64,000 bases of DNA from Parcubacteria bacterium C7867-005 (GTDB lineage Bacteria > Patescibacteriota > Minisyncoccia > Phycocordibacterales > Zambryskibacteraceae): positions 221,592 to 285,591 of the forward strand of contig LFCO01000001.1 of NCBI GenBank assembly GCA_001189165.1, read 5' to 3'. Numbering within the stretch: position 1 is the stretch's first letter; every line of letters begins with the position of its first letter. The notes beneath the pieces are model-generated. The model made no database searches. It worked only from the letters and a program-made list of their open reading frames with translations, and was not told the DNA's origin. Below are positions 37,385 to 48,171 of the stretch, piece by piece. Position numbers and translations under genes: made by a program.

Positions 37385-37831
37385 CTAAAGCTTTTCTTCT
37401 GGTACATCAAGCCTTTTTTCCAACTGACTCTCCTCTCTGTCCATATCCTTTAGAGCCTCTGCTGTCTCTATTTCCATGTCGGAAATATTCTTAAAGAACT
37501 CTGAGATTCCTTCATTTTTGGTATTTAAGAGTCGTGAGTTCCTGATGTTACCCAGTCGTTTCTCCACCTGATCTTTGACCAAGGCTTCTGCCTTGTTCAA
37601 GATATTTTTTGTACGAATGGGTAACTGTTTAGTTACAAAAAATTCTGCTTTTTCTTTTAGGACTGAATATTCATGAGCGACATCGTGAGACATCTCTCTA
37701 AAACGCGCATCCCCTTTAGAGATCATACTGAGGAAAGAAAGGGTTTTCTTTTTTCTTATCTCCCAAATCTTTGCTGTGATCAGGAGAGCTATAGCCACTC
37801 CAGACAAAATAAAAGTGATGAATGAAAACAT
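37385..37831 (-). CDS. Hypothetical membrane-anchored coiled-coil protein.
   Basis: N-terminal TM FITFILSGVAIALLI. Confidence 0.35.
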   Translation of the reverse strand: MFSFITFILSGVAIALLITAKIWEIRKKKTLSFLSMISKGDARFREMSHDVAHEYSVLKEKAEFFVTKQLPIRTKNILNKAEALVKDQVEKRLGNIRNSRLLNTKNEGISEFFKNISDMEIETAEALKDMDREESQLEKRLDVPEEKL

Positions 37832-37833
37832 GG

Positions 37834-38424
37834 TTACTCAGAAACAGAGAATCTGACGAAACGACGTATTTCTGTCCTTTCTCCAAACTTCTGTACTGCA
37901 CCATTTATTATATCCTGAATTTTTTGATCTGGATTTTTAATAAATGGCTGATCTAAGAGAACCTTGTCTGCAAAATATGAGTCCACTTTACCGAGGAGGA
38001 TTTTCTCCTGCATCTCTTTTGGTTTATCTGCCACCTCTGCTTTAAAGGTTTCTGCCACAATAGCCCGGTCTTCTTCGCTTATATCTTCTCTTTTTAGATA
38101 CTTTGGACTAGTGGCTGCGACGTGCATGGCAATATCATATGCAATTGCTTTGAACTCAGGGTTCTTGGCAACAAAGTCTGTCTCACAAGAAAGTTCTACC
38201 ATCGTACCAATGAGTCCAGATGCATGTATATAAGAAGCAACAGAGCCTGCTCCAAGTGTACGATCCCCTTTTTTGGAAGCTATCTCCCCTCCTTTTTTCT
38301 GTAATAAAATCCGTGCCTTCTCTTTATCTCCACCAGCTTCTTCAAGTGCCTTCTTACATTGCATTATAGAAAGTCCTGTCTCATCTCTAAGTGACTTGAT
38401 TTCCTCTGTACTGATAGTGGTCAT
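37834..38424 (-). CDS. tsf: Elongation factor Ts (short form).
   Basis: N-terminal UBA-like IKSLRDETGLSIMQCKKALEEAGGD and CETDFVAKN. Confidence 0.92.
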   Translation of the reverse strand: MTTISTEEIKSLRDETGLSIMQCKKALEEAGGDKEKARILLQKKGGEIASKKGDRTLGAGSVASYIHASGLIGTMVELSCETDFVAKNPEFKAIAYDIAMHVAATSPKYLKREDISEEDRAIVAETFKAEVADKPKEMQEKILLGKVDSYFADKVLLDQPFIKNPDQKIQDIINGAVQKFGERTEIRRFVRFSVSE

Positions 38425-38466
38425 AAATAAAAACTATTTCCTAGCTATTAATTAAATTGAAAGAAC

Positions 38467-39201
38467 CTATTTTGTTTCTGCTTGACCCTCAACCGGCTTT
38501 CTTTCTGCCAAACCAGACTTGTATGCTGAAACAATATCTTTGGTTATGAGGTTGATACTTGATACAGAGGCATCGTTCGCTGGGATAGCATAATCAACCG
38601 AGTAGAGGTTACAGTCTGTCCCTGCTAGAGCGACAACTGGTATCTTCATCCTCTTGGCCTCTGATACAGCGATGTGTTCTTTCTTTGGATCTATAACCAC
38701 TAGCAATTTTGGTAATGCTTTCATTAGATATAGACCACTGAAGTATAGGTTCAGCTTGGCTATCTCTCGATCTATGAGCAGTCTCTCTTTCTTGGTGTAT
38801 TTACCTAGTTCACCTTTTTCTTTTTGAGATAAAAGGTTCTCTAGCTTCAAAACTCTTTTCCTTATTTCTGGAAAGTTTGTAAGGGTACCACCGATCCATC
38901 TACCGTTTACATAAGGCATGGAGATAGCCTCACCTGCATTTTTTACTGCTAGACGTGCTTCGCTTTTGCCACCGACGAACAAAACAAGAGAACCCTCCTT
39001 GCCCATGTCACTAACAAACTTTAGAGCTTTTTCGAGTTCTGTCTTTACCTTCTCAAGATCGAATATCTCTATCTTATTTTTTGAACCAAAAATAAAAGGC
39101 TTTGAACTGGGGTGCCTGCGAGATTTAACGAAGCCAAAATGAGCTCCTGCTTTGAAGAGCTCGTCGATTTTTGGGTCCTTTATTAGGGTTTTTTCAGCCA
39201 T
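38467..39201 (-). CDS. rpsB: 30S ribosomal protein S2.
   Basis: GAHFGFVKSRRHP and LFVGGKSEARLAV. Confidence 0.95.
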   Translation of the reverse strand: MAEKTLIKDPKIDELFKAGAHFGFVKSRRHPSSKPFIFGSKNKIEIFDLEKVKTELEKALKFVSDMGKEGSLVLFVGGKSEARLAVKNAGEAISMPYVNGRWIGGTLTNFPEIRKRVLKLENLLSQKEKGELGKYTKKERLLIDREIAKLNLYFSGLYLMKALPKLLVVIDPKKEHIAVSEAKRMKIPVVALAGTDCNLYSVDYAIPANDASVSSINLITKDIVSAYKSGLAERKPVEGQAETK

Positions 39202-39244
39202 AAATTGGTCGAACTATTCTACCAAAAGCCCTTACTTATTGCAA

Positions 39245-40240
39245 TTATTCAGCTTCAGGAGTGTTCTCGACGTCCTCAATAGACTTTGGGTTAGATACAG
39301 ACTCTATAATTGGATCTAGATAGCCTTGGAATATCTTCTCTATATTATGCCAAGATTCTTTGATTCGATGGTCAGTAATGCGATCCTGGAGGATATTGTA
39401 TGTACGAATTTTCTCTGATCTATCTGCTGTACCGATTTGAGATTTTCTGTTTGCTGAATGTTTGGCAGCTTCCTCTTCCTCTTTCTTGGCTTCAAGCTTG
39501 GCAATGAGGATTGACATAGCCATCTCTCTATTTTTGAGCTGGTTCCTCTGTGAAGTTGAGCGTACATCTATTCCAGTGGCCTTATGAATAATGCGTACAG
39601 CTGTCTCAACTTTGTTCACATTCTGTCCTCCGGCTCCGCCAGAACGTGAGGTTTCTATTTCTATATCTGAAGGCTTTATTTCTATTGTTGTTTTTTTGCG
39701 GACAGGCATTATCGCCACAGAAGCTGTCGAGGTATGCACTCTGCCCATCTTTTCTGTCGCCGGAATTCTCTGAATACGGTGAACCCCTGTCTCAAACCGT
39801 AGTTTGCGATAAACATCCTTACCCCTTATCTCAAAAGCTGCTTCTTTATAGCCACCCAAGGCACTCTCTGATGTATAGAGGTTCTGGAAACTCCATCCCT
39901 TAAAACCGGCATATTTGCCGTACATCTCTGCGAGTTCCTGGGCGAAAAGAGCGGCCTCCTCGCCACCAGTACCAGCCCTAACTTCAAGTATCACTTCGTT
40001 TGGGAATTCCTCTTCTTTCTCTTCGTCCTTGAAGATGTTTTCCATATCTCTCAACAACTCAGTTTTTTGAATTTGAATATTTGAGAGCTCTTCTTCAGCA
40101 AGAGACTTCATGGCCTCGTCGCTACCAGCCATGTTTTTTATTTCCTCTTCTTCTTTTGCTAGACGCAAGAAACTATCCGCAAGATAGGCAGTCTTTGGAT
40201 TATCCTTATATTTTTGTATATCGATTTCTGTCATAGACAA
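39245..40240 (-). CDS. prfA: Peptide chain release factor 1.
   Basis: [20 protein letters not shown] motif. The PAT tripeptide (RIPATE) is RF1-type, not SPF. Confidence 0.88.
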   Translation of the reverse strand: MSMTEIDIQKYKDNPKTAYLADSFLRLAKEEEEIKNMAGSDEAMKSLAEEELSNIQIQKTELLRDMENIFKDEEKEEEFPNEVILEVRAGTGGEEAALFAQELAEMYGKYAGFKGWSFQNLYTSESALGGYKEAAFEIRGKDVYRKLRFETGVHRIQRIPATEKMGRVHTSTASVAIMPVRKKTTIEIKPSDIEIETSRSGGAGGQNVNKVETAVRIIHKATGIDVRSTSQRNQLKNREMAMSILIAKLEAKKEEEEAAKHSANRKSQIGTADRSEKIRTYNILQDRITDHRIKESWHNIEKIFQGYLDPIIESVSNPKSIEDVENTPEAE

Positions 40241-40321
40241 AGAGTAGATTTCTGTGCCTTGCGCAGGCGGGTAGCCGAGCAGAGCAAATTCCAGACTTGG
40301 AATTATGCGTGCAAAAGAAAT

Positions 40322-40582
40322 CTACTCTTTGCTCTTGGCTTTTGCTTGCTTCTGTTTGAATTTCTCTACACGACCAGCTGAGTCGAGAACTTTCTCGAGT
40401 CCGGTGTAAAAAGGATGAGAACTCGATGAAATTTCCACCATGAATACTGGGTACTCTTTGCCGTCTTTAGCTTTGGCTGTTTCTGAAGTAGCTACAGTCG
40501 AAGATATTATAAATTCTGCCCCGTTTGAGCTATCTTTAAATAAGACGGGTCTGTATGTATTTGGATGTATTTCCTTCTTCAT
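40322..40582 (-). CDS. rpmE: 50S ribosomal protein L31.
   Basis: MKKEIHPNTYRPVLF N-terminus and ...HPFYTG. Confidence 0.88.
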   Translation of the reverse strand: MKKEIHPNTYRPVLFKDSSNGAEFIISSTVATSETAKAKDGKEYPVFMVEISSSSHPFYTGLEKVLDSAGRVEKFKQKQAKAKSKE

Positions 40583-40605
40583 AAGAAGCCTACTTTAACA
40601 GGGTT

Positions 40606-42033
40606 TTATAGATCCTGCAATGGGTCTATCATAGTGGTCTGAATGGTGGATGCGTGAGATAAAACCGAGTTACCATAGCCCAAACCAACATTTGGGGCAC
40701 CCCCAACACCGTAGCAATTTTTACCAGAATAATATCTGCAAGCAGCCGTCCTCTCGGCAGTTGGAGTACCTGCGCCTGCACCAAGGTCTGCGAGGTAAAT
40801 AGAGGATGCAAAGAAGGCGTCTCTAGCATTCCATGGATCAGGGATCTTTGTGCCTGTGGCACTTTTTATTTTGTCCACAAAAAGTTTCCAAGTTGAGGGA
40901 ATAAACTGCGCTGGACCCATCGCCCCTCCATATCCATAAGAAAGGGGGCAAGAAACCTTGGTTGATAATGGGTCCCTGCCCAAATCATCAACTATGTCCT
41001 GGAGAATAGGTAGGTCTCTGGTTGGATGAATGCCGTTTGAAAATACCCTACCTGAAACCGTACTCTTTGTCTCTCCTGTGGCCAAGTTAGTGATAACACA
41101 GGTACCAACGTTTTTACCAAAGGTACCACTCTCATCCTTACCTGATTCCTGAGTAAAGATACCCAAGAGAAAGGCGGGTCTGACACCCGTTATCTTGCTC
41201 GCTTCCTCTGCGTACTGAAGTGCGGTACCGAACTGAATAGCTGTATCCACATCACGAAGTGGGAAAAGTGCGGCTTTGATTTTGGCTGCTTTCGCCTTCC
41301 TGTCTGCGAGAACCTGACCATAAGTGACCTCCTTGCTCTGGCTTTGAGCTAGTAATGTCTTTTTTTCTGCTTGGCTAATCTCTACCTGTTTCTTATTTGC
41401 CTCAATCACCGCTCGCGCGTCTGCTTCCGCTTCACGTTGTTTGGCCAAAGCCTCTTTCTCTGCTTGAGTCTGAGTTTTATTTCCTCGTAGTTCTTCAAAT
41501 ACTACAGCGAGAGATCGTTGAGTAGCCGCATAGGTGTCTACATCGATAAAAAATTCAGATAAGTTTTTGTTCGAGAGCATCGCCTCTGCTATCGAATATG
41601 AATCGATCTGACTAGTTTTCCTCAATAGTTCGCCGAGGGACCCACGTCCATCTTCTATCTTTTTATCAAGTTGGTTAATCTTTATCTCTTTCTCATTAAT
41701 ATTTTTACCCAAAGAAGCGATGGCCACATTCTTGGCTTTGATATTGGTCTGAGCGAGGTTTATCTTGGCAGTAAGGGCGGCCACGTCTCTAGAAAACGAG
41801 GCGCTCTCCTCTTTTGTACTATTCAAAATACCAGTCCACTGTGCTATCTCTCTCTCACAAGCCTCCAAATCTGCTTGAAGCTGTTGTTTGGTTTTACCTA
41901 CGGTGTTTGTAGTACAAGCATCTTGCTGTGCAATGATAAAACCATGAGGAAGAGCGAAAATGGATACCAGGAACAGACTGAGAAGTGAGAAACGGACACT
42001 TATGAAAAATCCAAATGTGCGTCTAATATTCAT
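40606..42033 (-). CDS. Secreted/membrane coiled-coil protein with a C-terminal lytic-transglycosylase-like (SLT/lysozyme-like) domain.
   Basis: N-terminal TM, then a long coiled coil. The C-terminal part reads FTQESGKD...GAMGPAQFIPSTW. Confidence 0.55.
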   Translation of the reverse strand: MNIRRTFGFFISVRFSLLSLFLVSIFALPHGFIIAQQDACTTNTVGKTKQQLQADLEACEREIAQWTGILNSTKEESASFSRDVAALTAKINLAQTNIKAKNVAIASLGKNINEKEIKINQLDKKIEDGRGSLGELLRKTSQIDSYSIAEAMLSNKNLSEFFIDVDTYAATQRSLAVVFEELRGNKTQTQAEKEALAKQREAEADARAVIEANKKQVEISQAEKKTLLAQSQSKEVTYGQVLADRKAKAAKIKAALFPLRDVDTAIQFGTALQYAEEASKITGVRPAFLLGIFTQESGKDESGTFGKNVGTCVITNLATGETKSTVSGRVFSNGIHPTRDLPILQDIVDDLGRDPLSTKVSCPLSYGYGGAMGPAQFIPSTWKLFVDKIKSATGTKIPDPWNARDAFFASSIYLADLGAGAGTPTAERTAACRYYSGKNCYGVGGAPNVGLGYGNSVLSHASTIQTTMIDPLQDL

Positions 42034-42056
42034 AAGAACAAAATAACCAAGAGGTC

Positions 42057-42707
42057 TTAGGCAGCGGCCACCTCCCCACCTTCGGCAGGAACCTCGTCCT
42101 TGCCTTTCTTCTCAACCTCTATGGCATCTAGATCAAGTGGTTTGACCTCCTCTTCTTTCTCTTCTCTTGGGGCTGATACTAGAGCAACCACCTCTTCGCT
42201 GTTTTCAAGAAGGGTGACACCGGCTGGTATCTTTATGTCTTTGGCCAAAATTTGGCTCTGGAAGTCTACAAGCAAAGATATGTCTGCAACTAGGTTGTGA
42301 GGCAGGTCCTTTGGCATAGCCTCAATCTTTAGATTATGCAGAACCTTAACCAAGGTTCCACCAAGATCCTTGACCGCCAAAGACACACCCTCAAATTCGA
42401 CAGGCACATCAACTTCAACCTTATGACCCTTCTCGAATACATAGAAGTCTGCATGTCTAGGATTATCTGTGACAGGATCAAAATCCACATCGTGGATAAG
42501 GCTCTCTATTGGACCGTTTGCGGTCTCTAAACTCACCACGCTCGATTCACCTACTTCCTTCCATACCTTGAGGAAATCAACCATTTTTATAGAAATAGGG
42601 GTAGATGGCTCTTTTTTGCCATAAAATACTGCAGGGATCATGCCTGCTTTTCTTAAATCACCAAGATTGGCGTTTCTATCCCTGAGTTCTGCCTTCAATT
42701 TAGTCAT
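42057..42707 (-). CDS. rplY: 50S ribosomal protein L25 / general stress protein Ctc form.
   Basis: Conserved L25 beta-barrel N-terminus and an acidic C-terminal extension. Confidence 0.85.
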   Translation of the reverse strand: MTKLKAELRDRNANLGDLRKAGMIPAVFYGKKEPSTPISIKMVDFLKVWKEVGESSVVSLETANGPIESLIHDVDFDPVTDNPRHADFYVFEKGHKVEVDVPVEFEGVSLAVKDLGGTLVKVLHNLKIEAMPKDLPHNLVADISLLVDFQSQILAKDIKIPAGVTLLENSEEVVALVSAPREEKEEEVKPLDLDAIEVEKKGKDEVPAEGGEVAAA

Positions 42708-42757
42708 TTCTCTATTCTACCCAGAAATTTCAATAAATCAACCCCAATAAACTAGCC

Positions 42758-44404
42758 TTATTCTAGTGCTAGGTGGCTTTCTAGGTATTCCATCGAACCG
42801 TTTACCTTTTTACCTGGATTAAAGATGTTTTGAGGATCAAATATGGTTTTGGTCTCTTGAAATAGATCTAGGATTTCCTTGGAATACATTTTGTTTAAGT
42901 ATGGTGTACGAACAATCCCGTCGTTGTGTTCCCCCGTGATCGAACCACCATATTCAGCTACCAAGTTGTAGATCTTCTCACCGACCTCCCTGATCACTCT
43001 TACATTATCTCTATTCCTCATATCCATCAGTGGAATGATGTGGAAATTACCGTTACCCGCGTGTCCTGCGATGGTGTAGACAAGTTTGTAACTATCTAAT
43101 ATTTTTCTCATCTTTGGTAAGAACTCTGGCATATGCTTTGGTTCGACAACAACGTCATCTATAAACGGGGCTGTTCGGCTCCCGTGTACGTGCTTGCGCA
43201 AAAGACTGAAACTCTCTCGTCTTATGGTCCAGTATTTATTTGACTCTTCTTCGGATTTTGTTTGGCGAGTAACAAACCCAAAATGCTTTATTTTATTCTC
43301 TAGGTTTTGCATCTTTTGATTTATCTCTTGTTCTGACTTCCCTGCATATTCAACAAGTACAATAAGTTTTGGTATGCCCCCCCGAAGCATCATAAATGCT
43401 TCGGGGATAAAAGAGAGGAGGAGTTTAAAAAAGTTCTTGGCCTTCATGGTGCGGAGCATCTCAGGAAAAAATCTAAACGCGAGCTTCATGGTGGCGTCAT
43501 CATAGGTCTCTACGGACTCTGGTGTGGTAGGCAAGACCTCATTCACCAAATCTGCAAGATGTGTGAGGTCTCGCATGAAAATAACAAAAAGTTTGCTCTT
43601 TGATTCTACGGGTACAAGTTTTATTTTGGCTTCAGTCACTAAACCTAAGGTTCCCTGAGAGCCTACGATGAGTTTATTTAAATCAAAGAATCCTTCATTT
43701 CGTTCAGGATCTACGACATTCCACAAAAAATATCCGGCTGAATTCTTGGAAACTTTTGGTTTGGCTTCGTTTATTTTTTGTTTATTGCTCTCTATTAGTT
43801 CAAAAAGTTTTTTATAAGTATTGCCCTCAAAGTCCCCTTGATTCATTTTGGTCTCTAATTCCTCGCGAGAAAGTGGTTTGATTTCGTATTCTCTACCGTC
43901 TGAAAAAATCACTTTGGATTCGAGAACAAAGTTTTCCATCTTGCCATACCGTAAAGTTTTCTCTCCGGCACAATTATTGCCTATCATCCCTCCTATGGCA
44001 TTGAGGTTCTTCGAAGCTGTGTAACAAGGCAAAATCAGACCTTTTTCGAGTGTTTTGGGCTCAAAATCTCTATAGTAGACACCCGGCTCTACTATTGTCC
44101 CATCTCTATTGATCTCACCAATATGGTTCATATGACGCATCAGATCAACAATGATCGATTCACCAAGTGGGCCACCAGACATACAAGATCCAGCTGCACG
44201 GATAGTAATAGAAAGTCTGCTGTCGACGCCCTTCTGGTCTGAAACAAACTTGACCAAGTTTTCTATATCGCTTGCATCCTTAGGAAAAACCACGAGCTTC
44301 GGCTTAACCACGAACAGACTGGCGTCGTGACTATAAGTCTCCAGGATATCTTCGCTATCCTCTACCTCACCTTTGAAAAATTTTTTAATTTCTTCTTTAA
44401 GCAT
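42758..44404 (-). CDS. FAD-linked oxidase (GlcD / D-lactate dehydrogenase family).
   Basis: FAD-binding PCMH-type domain with RAAGSCMSGGPLG and a C-terminal FAD-oxidase domain. Confidence 0.75.
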   Translation of the reverse strand: MLKEEIKKFFKGEVEDSEDILETYSHDASLFVVKPKLVVFPKDASDIENLVKFVSDQKGVDSRLSITIRAAGSCMSGGPLGESIIVDLMRHMNHIGEINRDGTIVEPGVYYRDFEPKTLEKGLILPCYTASKNLNAIGGMIGNNCAGEKTLRYGKMENFVLESKVIFSDGREYEIKPLSREELETKMNQGDFEGNTYKKLFELIESNKQKINEAKPKVSKNSAGYFLWNVVDPERNEGFFDLNKLIVGSQGTLGLVTEAKIKLVPVESKSKLFVIFMRDLTHLADLVNEVLPTTPESVETYDDATMKLAFRFFPEMLRTMKAKNFFKLLLSFIPEAFMMLRGGIPKLIVLVEYAGKSEQEINQKMQNLENKIKHFGFVTRQTKSEEESNKYWTIRRESFSLLRKHVHGSRTAPFIDDVVVEPKHMPEFLPKMRKILDSYKLVYTIAGHAGNGNFHIIPLMDMRNRDNVRVIREVGEKIYNLVAEYGGSITGEHNDGIVRTPYLNKMYSKEILDLFQETKTIFDPQNIFNPGKKVNGSMEYLESHLALE

Positions 44405-45251
44405 CCATTTTGTTGAAAACTTTGAGCTTTGCTGTGACCAGCTTCTTCATCTCTTCTACACCATCAGCCATGAATTTATAAGGGGCGAGCTCGTCTGTAC
44501 TCATCCCTTTTTCTATACCCTTTTTGTATGCCTGACGTAGCTCTGTGTTTATGTGTACGATGCGTATGCCTGCATCTATGGCCTCACCAACCTCTTTGTC
44601 TGTATTTCCTGATGCGCCGTGTAGCACAAGAGGGATTTTTACTGCATCAGCGATCTCTTTAATTCTTTTGATGTTGAGTTCTGGCTCGCCAGCTTTGATT
44701 AGTCCATGAATATTGCCTACTGACGGGGCAAATAGATCCACACATGTCTCGTCCACGAATTTCTTAGCATCTTCGACGGTTGTTTGGGTTTCTTCTGAGA
44801 CCCCGTCTGGTATTTCATCTCGAAGCATTGAGCCTGAACCGATAAAGCCAAGCTCTCCTTCGACGAGCATTCCAGGATGATGTTCTCTTGCATAATTCAC
44901 CACTTCCTTGGTCATAGCTACATTTTCAAAGAATGGCTTTTCTGCTCCATCGATAATTACTTCATCAAACTTATTATCTACAGCTTCTTTTGAGGCATCT
45001 ACTGAGTAGGTATGATCTGCATTAAGAAAAACCGGTAAACCCTTTTCCTGACTAACACTGACTAAAGCTCTGATTTCTGCTACTCCCAAAAATCCTCTCT
45101 CCTTTTCTGATACTCCGATAATCACCGGTACTCCTAGTTCAGTTGCAGAATCGACAACAGCCCTAAACCCCTCAGAATCTGAGACATTGAAATGTCCTAT
45201 CGCCACTCCCTTTTCTTCAGCCCAATTAATCCAGTCTTTTAAAGTTTTCAT
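44397..45251 (-). CDS. fba: Class II fructose-bisphosphate aldolase.
   Basis: Class II fold with LNADHTYS, GELGFIGSG and VLHGASG. Confidence 0.88.
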   Translation of the reverse strand: MKTLKDWINWAEEKGVAIGHFNVSDSEGFRAVVDSATELGVPVIIGVSEKERGFLGVAEIRALVSVSQEKGLPVFLNADHTYSVDASKEAVDNKFDEVIIDGAEKPFFENVAMTKEVVNYAREHHPGMLVEGELGFIGSGSMLRDEIPDGVSEETQTTVEDAKKFVDETCVDLFAPSVGNIHGLIKAGEPELNIKRIKEIADAVKIPLVLHGASGNTDKEVGEAIDAGIRIVHINTELRQAYKKGIEKGMSTDELAPYKFMADGVEEMKKLVTAKLKVFNKMDA

Positions 45252-45296
45252 CTGTTTATTTTAACACGGGAGCAAGGGTCATGATAGAATAAAAAG

Positions 45297-46295
45297 ATGA
45301 AAGAATACGACTTTATAGCTATTGGGGACATAGTGACTGATGCTTTTATCAATCTAGATGAAAAATTTGAAAAAGTAGAAGGCGTTACCGGCCATCCTGG
45401 TTACAACCTATGTATACCTTTTGGCGATAAGATCCCCTACGAGTCTGTAGAGATCGTCCGGGCCGTTGGCAACAGCGCAAATGCCGCGGTCTCTGCCGCA
45501 CGGCTGGGCCTCAAATCCGCCCTTTCTTCAAACATCGGGGATGACACAAACGGCAAAGAATGCCTTGAGACCTTAGAAAAAGAGCATGTGGCTACAGAGT
45601 TTGTGAAGGTGAATCAAGGCAAGATCACTAATTACCACTACGTGCTCTGGTATGGGGACGATAGGACTATATTAGTCAAACACCAAAATTATGATCACTT
45701 ACTTCCAAATTTTGGTTCCCCAAAGTGGCTCTACCTATCATCTCTCGGCGAACACACTCTTGAATACCACAAAGAAATTGCAGAATACCTAAAACAACAT
45801 CCCGAAGTCTCTCTCGCTTTTCAGCCAGGTACGTACCAGATGATGTTTGGGAAGGAAGCACTCAAAGACATATACAATCAAACAAAGATACTTTTTTGTA
45901 ATATTGAAGAGGCTGGAAGGATCTTGGGTATCACCACACTTGGTACTGAAGAATTGTTGAAAAGAATGTTTGAACTTGGACCAAAGATAATAGTACTAAC
46001 AGATGGAGCTAAGGGCGCCTATGCTTATGACGGCAAGGAAATGTGGTTTGTCCCCCCTTATCCTGACATAGCACCACCCGTTGAGCGCACTGGTGCCGGA
46101 GATGCATTCGCCTCTACTACTGTTTCTGCCCTAGCTATGGGCAAAGATCTACCAACGGCACTTTCTTGGGGTGCTATAAACTCTATGTCCGTTGTCCAAG
46201 AAGTCGGTGCACAGAAAGGATTGTTGGGTAAGGAAAAGATTGAAAATTATCTAGCATCCGCCCCCGCTGAATTCAAAGCGAGAAAATTGAACTAA
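45297..46295 (+). CDS. PfkB-family carbohydrate/nucleoside kinase (ribokinase-like).
   Basis: GAGDAFASTTVSAL motif. It is co-located with pentose-phosphate genes. Confidence 0.8.
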   Translation: MKEYDFIAIGDIVTDAFINLDEKFEKVEGVTGHPGYNLCIPFGDKIPYESVEIVRAVGNSANAAVSAARLGLKSALSSNIGDDTNGKECLETLEKEHVATEFVKVNQGKITNYHYVLWYGDDRTILVKHQNYDHLLPNFGSPKWLYLSSLGEHTLEYHKEIAEYLKQHPEVSLAFQPGTYQMMFGKEALKDIYNQTKILFCNIEEAGRILGITTLGTEELLKRMFELGPKIIVLTDGAKGAYAYDGKEMWFVPPYPDIAPPVERTGAGDAFASTTVSALAMGKDLPTALSWGAINSMSVVQEVGAQKGLLGKEKIENYLASAPAEFKARKLN

Positions 46296-46300
46296 GTAAT

Positions 46301-47287
46301 TTATTGTTTGATCAACTCCCTTACTGCTTTTGTGATATCTTTCTCTCCCATTCCATAATGTTCGATTAGCTCGTCCGGTGTTCCCGATTGCCCAAAAACA
46401 TCATCGACACCTATGAACCGCATTGGCACAGGATTATTTTTAGCCAGACATTCGGCAACCGCACTGCCCATACCTCCACGGATTTGATGCTCCTCTACGG
46501 TTACTATATTCCCAGTCTTCTGGGCTAAAGCGATTATCGCCTTTTCATCTAGCGGTTTAATAGTAGAAAGATTCATCACCTCAACTTCTAGGCCCTCTTT
46601 TTCTAATGATTTGGCTGACATCAAGGCTCTGTGGAGAAGCGCTCCAGTGGCTATGATACCCACTTTAGGTTTTTTTGACTGCCAAAATATCTGTGCCTTA
46701 CCTATTTCAAATGGAGTATCAACTGTGGTCATGACCGGAGTCTTCTCGCGTGCCAGGCGCAAATAAACCGGAGTACCGGTTTTGGCAGCGGCTATGGTGG
46801 CTTTCTTGGCTTCTATCGCATCACATGGAGAGATAACTACCATTCGAGGAATAACACGAGTAATAGCCAAGTCTTCGACCGCCTGGTGAGTCCCCCCATC
46901 CGGACCAACAGAAATACCAGCGTGTGACCCGACTATTTTTACTGGTCTATCGTTGTAACAAATAGTTGTTCTTATTTGTTCCCAATTTCTTCCTGGAGAA
47001 AACATCGCGTAGCTCGTTATAAATGGTATTTTACCCATAGCCGCCATACCCGAAGCTACAGAAGCAAGGTTTTGTTCAGCCACACCTATCTCCACAAATC
47101 TATTAGGAAACTTTTCCTTAAAAAGATGCATCTGGGTAGATTCGGTCAAATCCGCGCATAGACCAACAACCTGAGGATCGTTCTCACCAGCAACTACCAA
47201 ACCCTCTCCAAAACCCTTACGAATTGGGGACTGTTCAACGTCCTTATCGAACATCTTTGTATTCAGTTTTAGATCGGGATTAATCAT
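46301..47287 (-). CDS. tkt: Transketolase, C-terminal (pyrimidine-binding) subunit of a split enzyme.
   Basis: The Pyr-binding and C-terminal transketolase domains are in a separate ORF, overlapping the N-terminal subunit gene. Confidence 0.88.
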   Translation of the reverse strand: MINPDLKLNTKMFDKDVEQSPIRKGFGEGLVVAGENDPQVVGLCADLTESTQMHLFKEKFPNRFVEIGVAEQNLASVASGMAAMGKIPFITSYAMFSPGRNWEQIRTTICYNDRPVKIVGSHAGISVGPDGGTHQAVEDLAITRVIPRMVVISPCDAIEAKKATIAAAKTGTPVYLRLAREKTPVMTTVDTPFEIGKAQIFWQSKKPKVGIIATGALLHRALMSAKSLEKEGLEVEVMNLSTIKPLDEKAIIALAQKTGNIVTVEEHQIRGGMGSAVAECLAKNNPVPMRFIGVDDVFGQSGTPDELIEHYGMGEKDITKAVRELIKQ

Positions 47288-48152
47288 TGTGGTGTCCGGT
47301 TATCTTTCCACCTAACGAGCGAAGCTCGCGGATAGCCATCTCTGCTTCTTCTTTATTTGGTGGTTTACCGTGCCAGCGATAATCTCTTTCAAAATCCTTC
47401 ACTCCCTTGCCTGGTATGGTATGAGCAATGATCATGGTTGGTTTCTCATAAACCGTCTTGGCCATATTAAAAGCATCTACGATCTCTTCTATATTGTGTC
47501 CATCAATCTCTATCACATGCCAGTTCCATGCTCTCCATTTATCTGCGAGTGGTTCAAGGGGCATGATATCTTCGGTATACCCATCTATCTGGATATTATT
47601 CCTGTCGATAATCCCAACTAGATTATTTAATTTATTTTTGCCTGCAAGCATCGCCCCTTCCCATATATTGCCAGATTCAAGTTCCCCATCCGACAGAAGA
47701 CAATAAATTCTCTTGCCGCCGGTTGTACCGACATCTATTTTTTCTGCAAGAGCCATACCAACTGCTTGTGAAAGTCCTGAAGCAAGGGGACCGGAGCTGG
47801 TTTCAAGCATCGGCAACCATTCTCTATGGGGATGACCTTGTAGTCGTGAACCAAATTTGCGCAGAGTCTTCAATTCTTCTATGGGGAAATATCCTGCGTG
47901 TGCCATTGTGGCATAAAGCACTGGACAGATATGACCATTCGAAAGAACCACTCTATCCCTCTCAGGCCAGGTTGGTTCACTTGGTTTATGATTTAGGATA
48001 TAAAAATACAAAACAGTAAAGATATCTGTCATACCCAATGGACCAGCCGTGTGACCCGAACCAGCCACAAGGAGCATATCTATAATAGAAAGTCTGATGT
48101 CATTGGCCTTCTCCTCAAGTTCTTGTCGACGTTCGTCAGAAATATTACTCAT
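47280..48152 (-). CDS. tkt: Transketolase, N-terminal (TPP-binding) subunit.
   Basis: GSGHTAGPLGMTD, GDGELESG and NIQIDG TPP-binding motifs. Confidence 0.88.
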   Translation of the reverse strand: MSNISDERRQELEEKANDIRLSIIDMLLVAGSGHTAGPLGMTDIFTVLYFYILNHKPSEPTWPERDRVVLSNGHICPVLYATMAHAGYFPIEELKTLRKFGSRLQGHPHREWLPMLETSSGPLASGLSQAVGMALAEKIDVGTTGGKRIYCLLSDGELESGNIWEGAMLAGKNKLNNLVGIIDRNNIQIDGYTEDIMPLEPLADKWRAWNWHVIEIDGHNIEEIVDAFNMAKTVYEKPTMIIAHTIPGKGVKDFERDYRWHGKPPNKEEAEMAIRELRSLGGKITGHHND

Positions 48153-48171
48153 CTAAAAATTATACCACCTA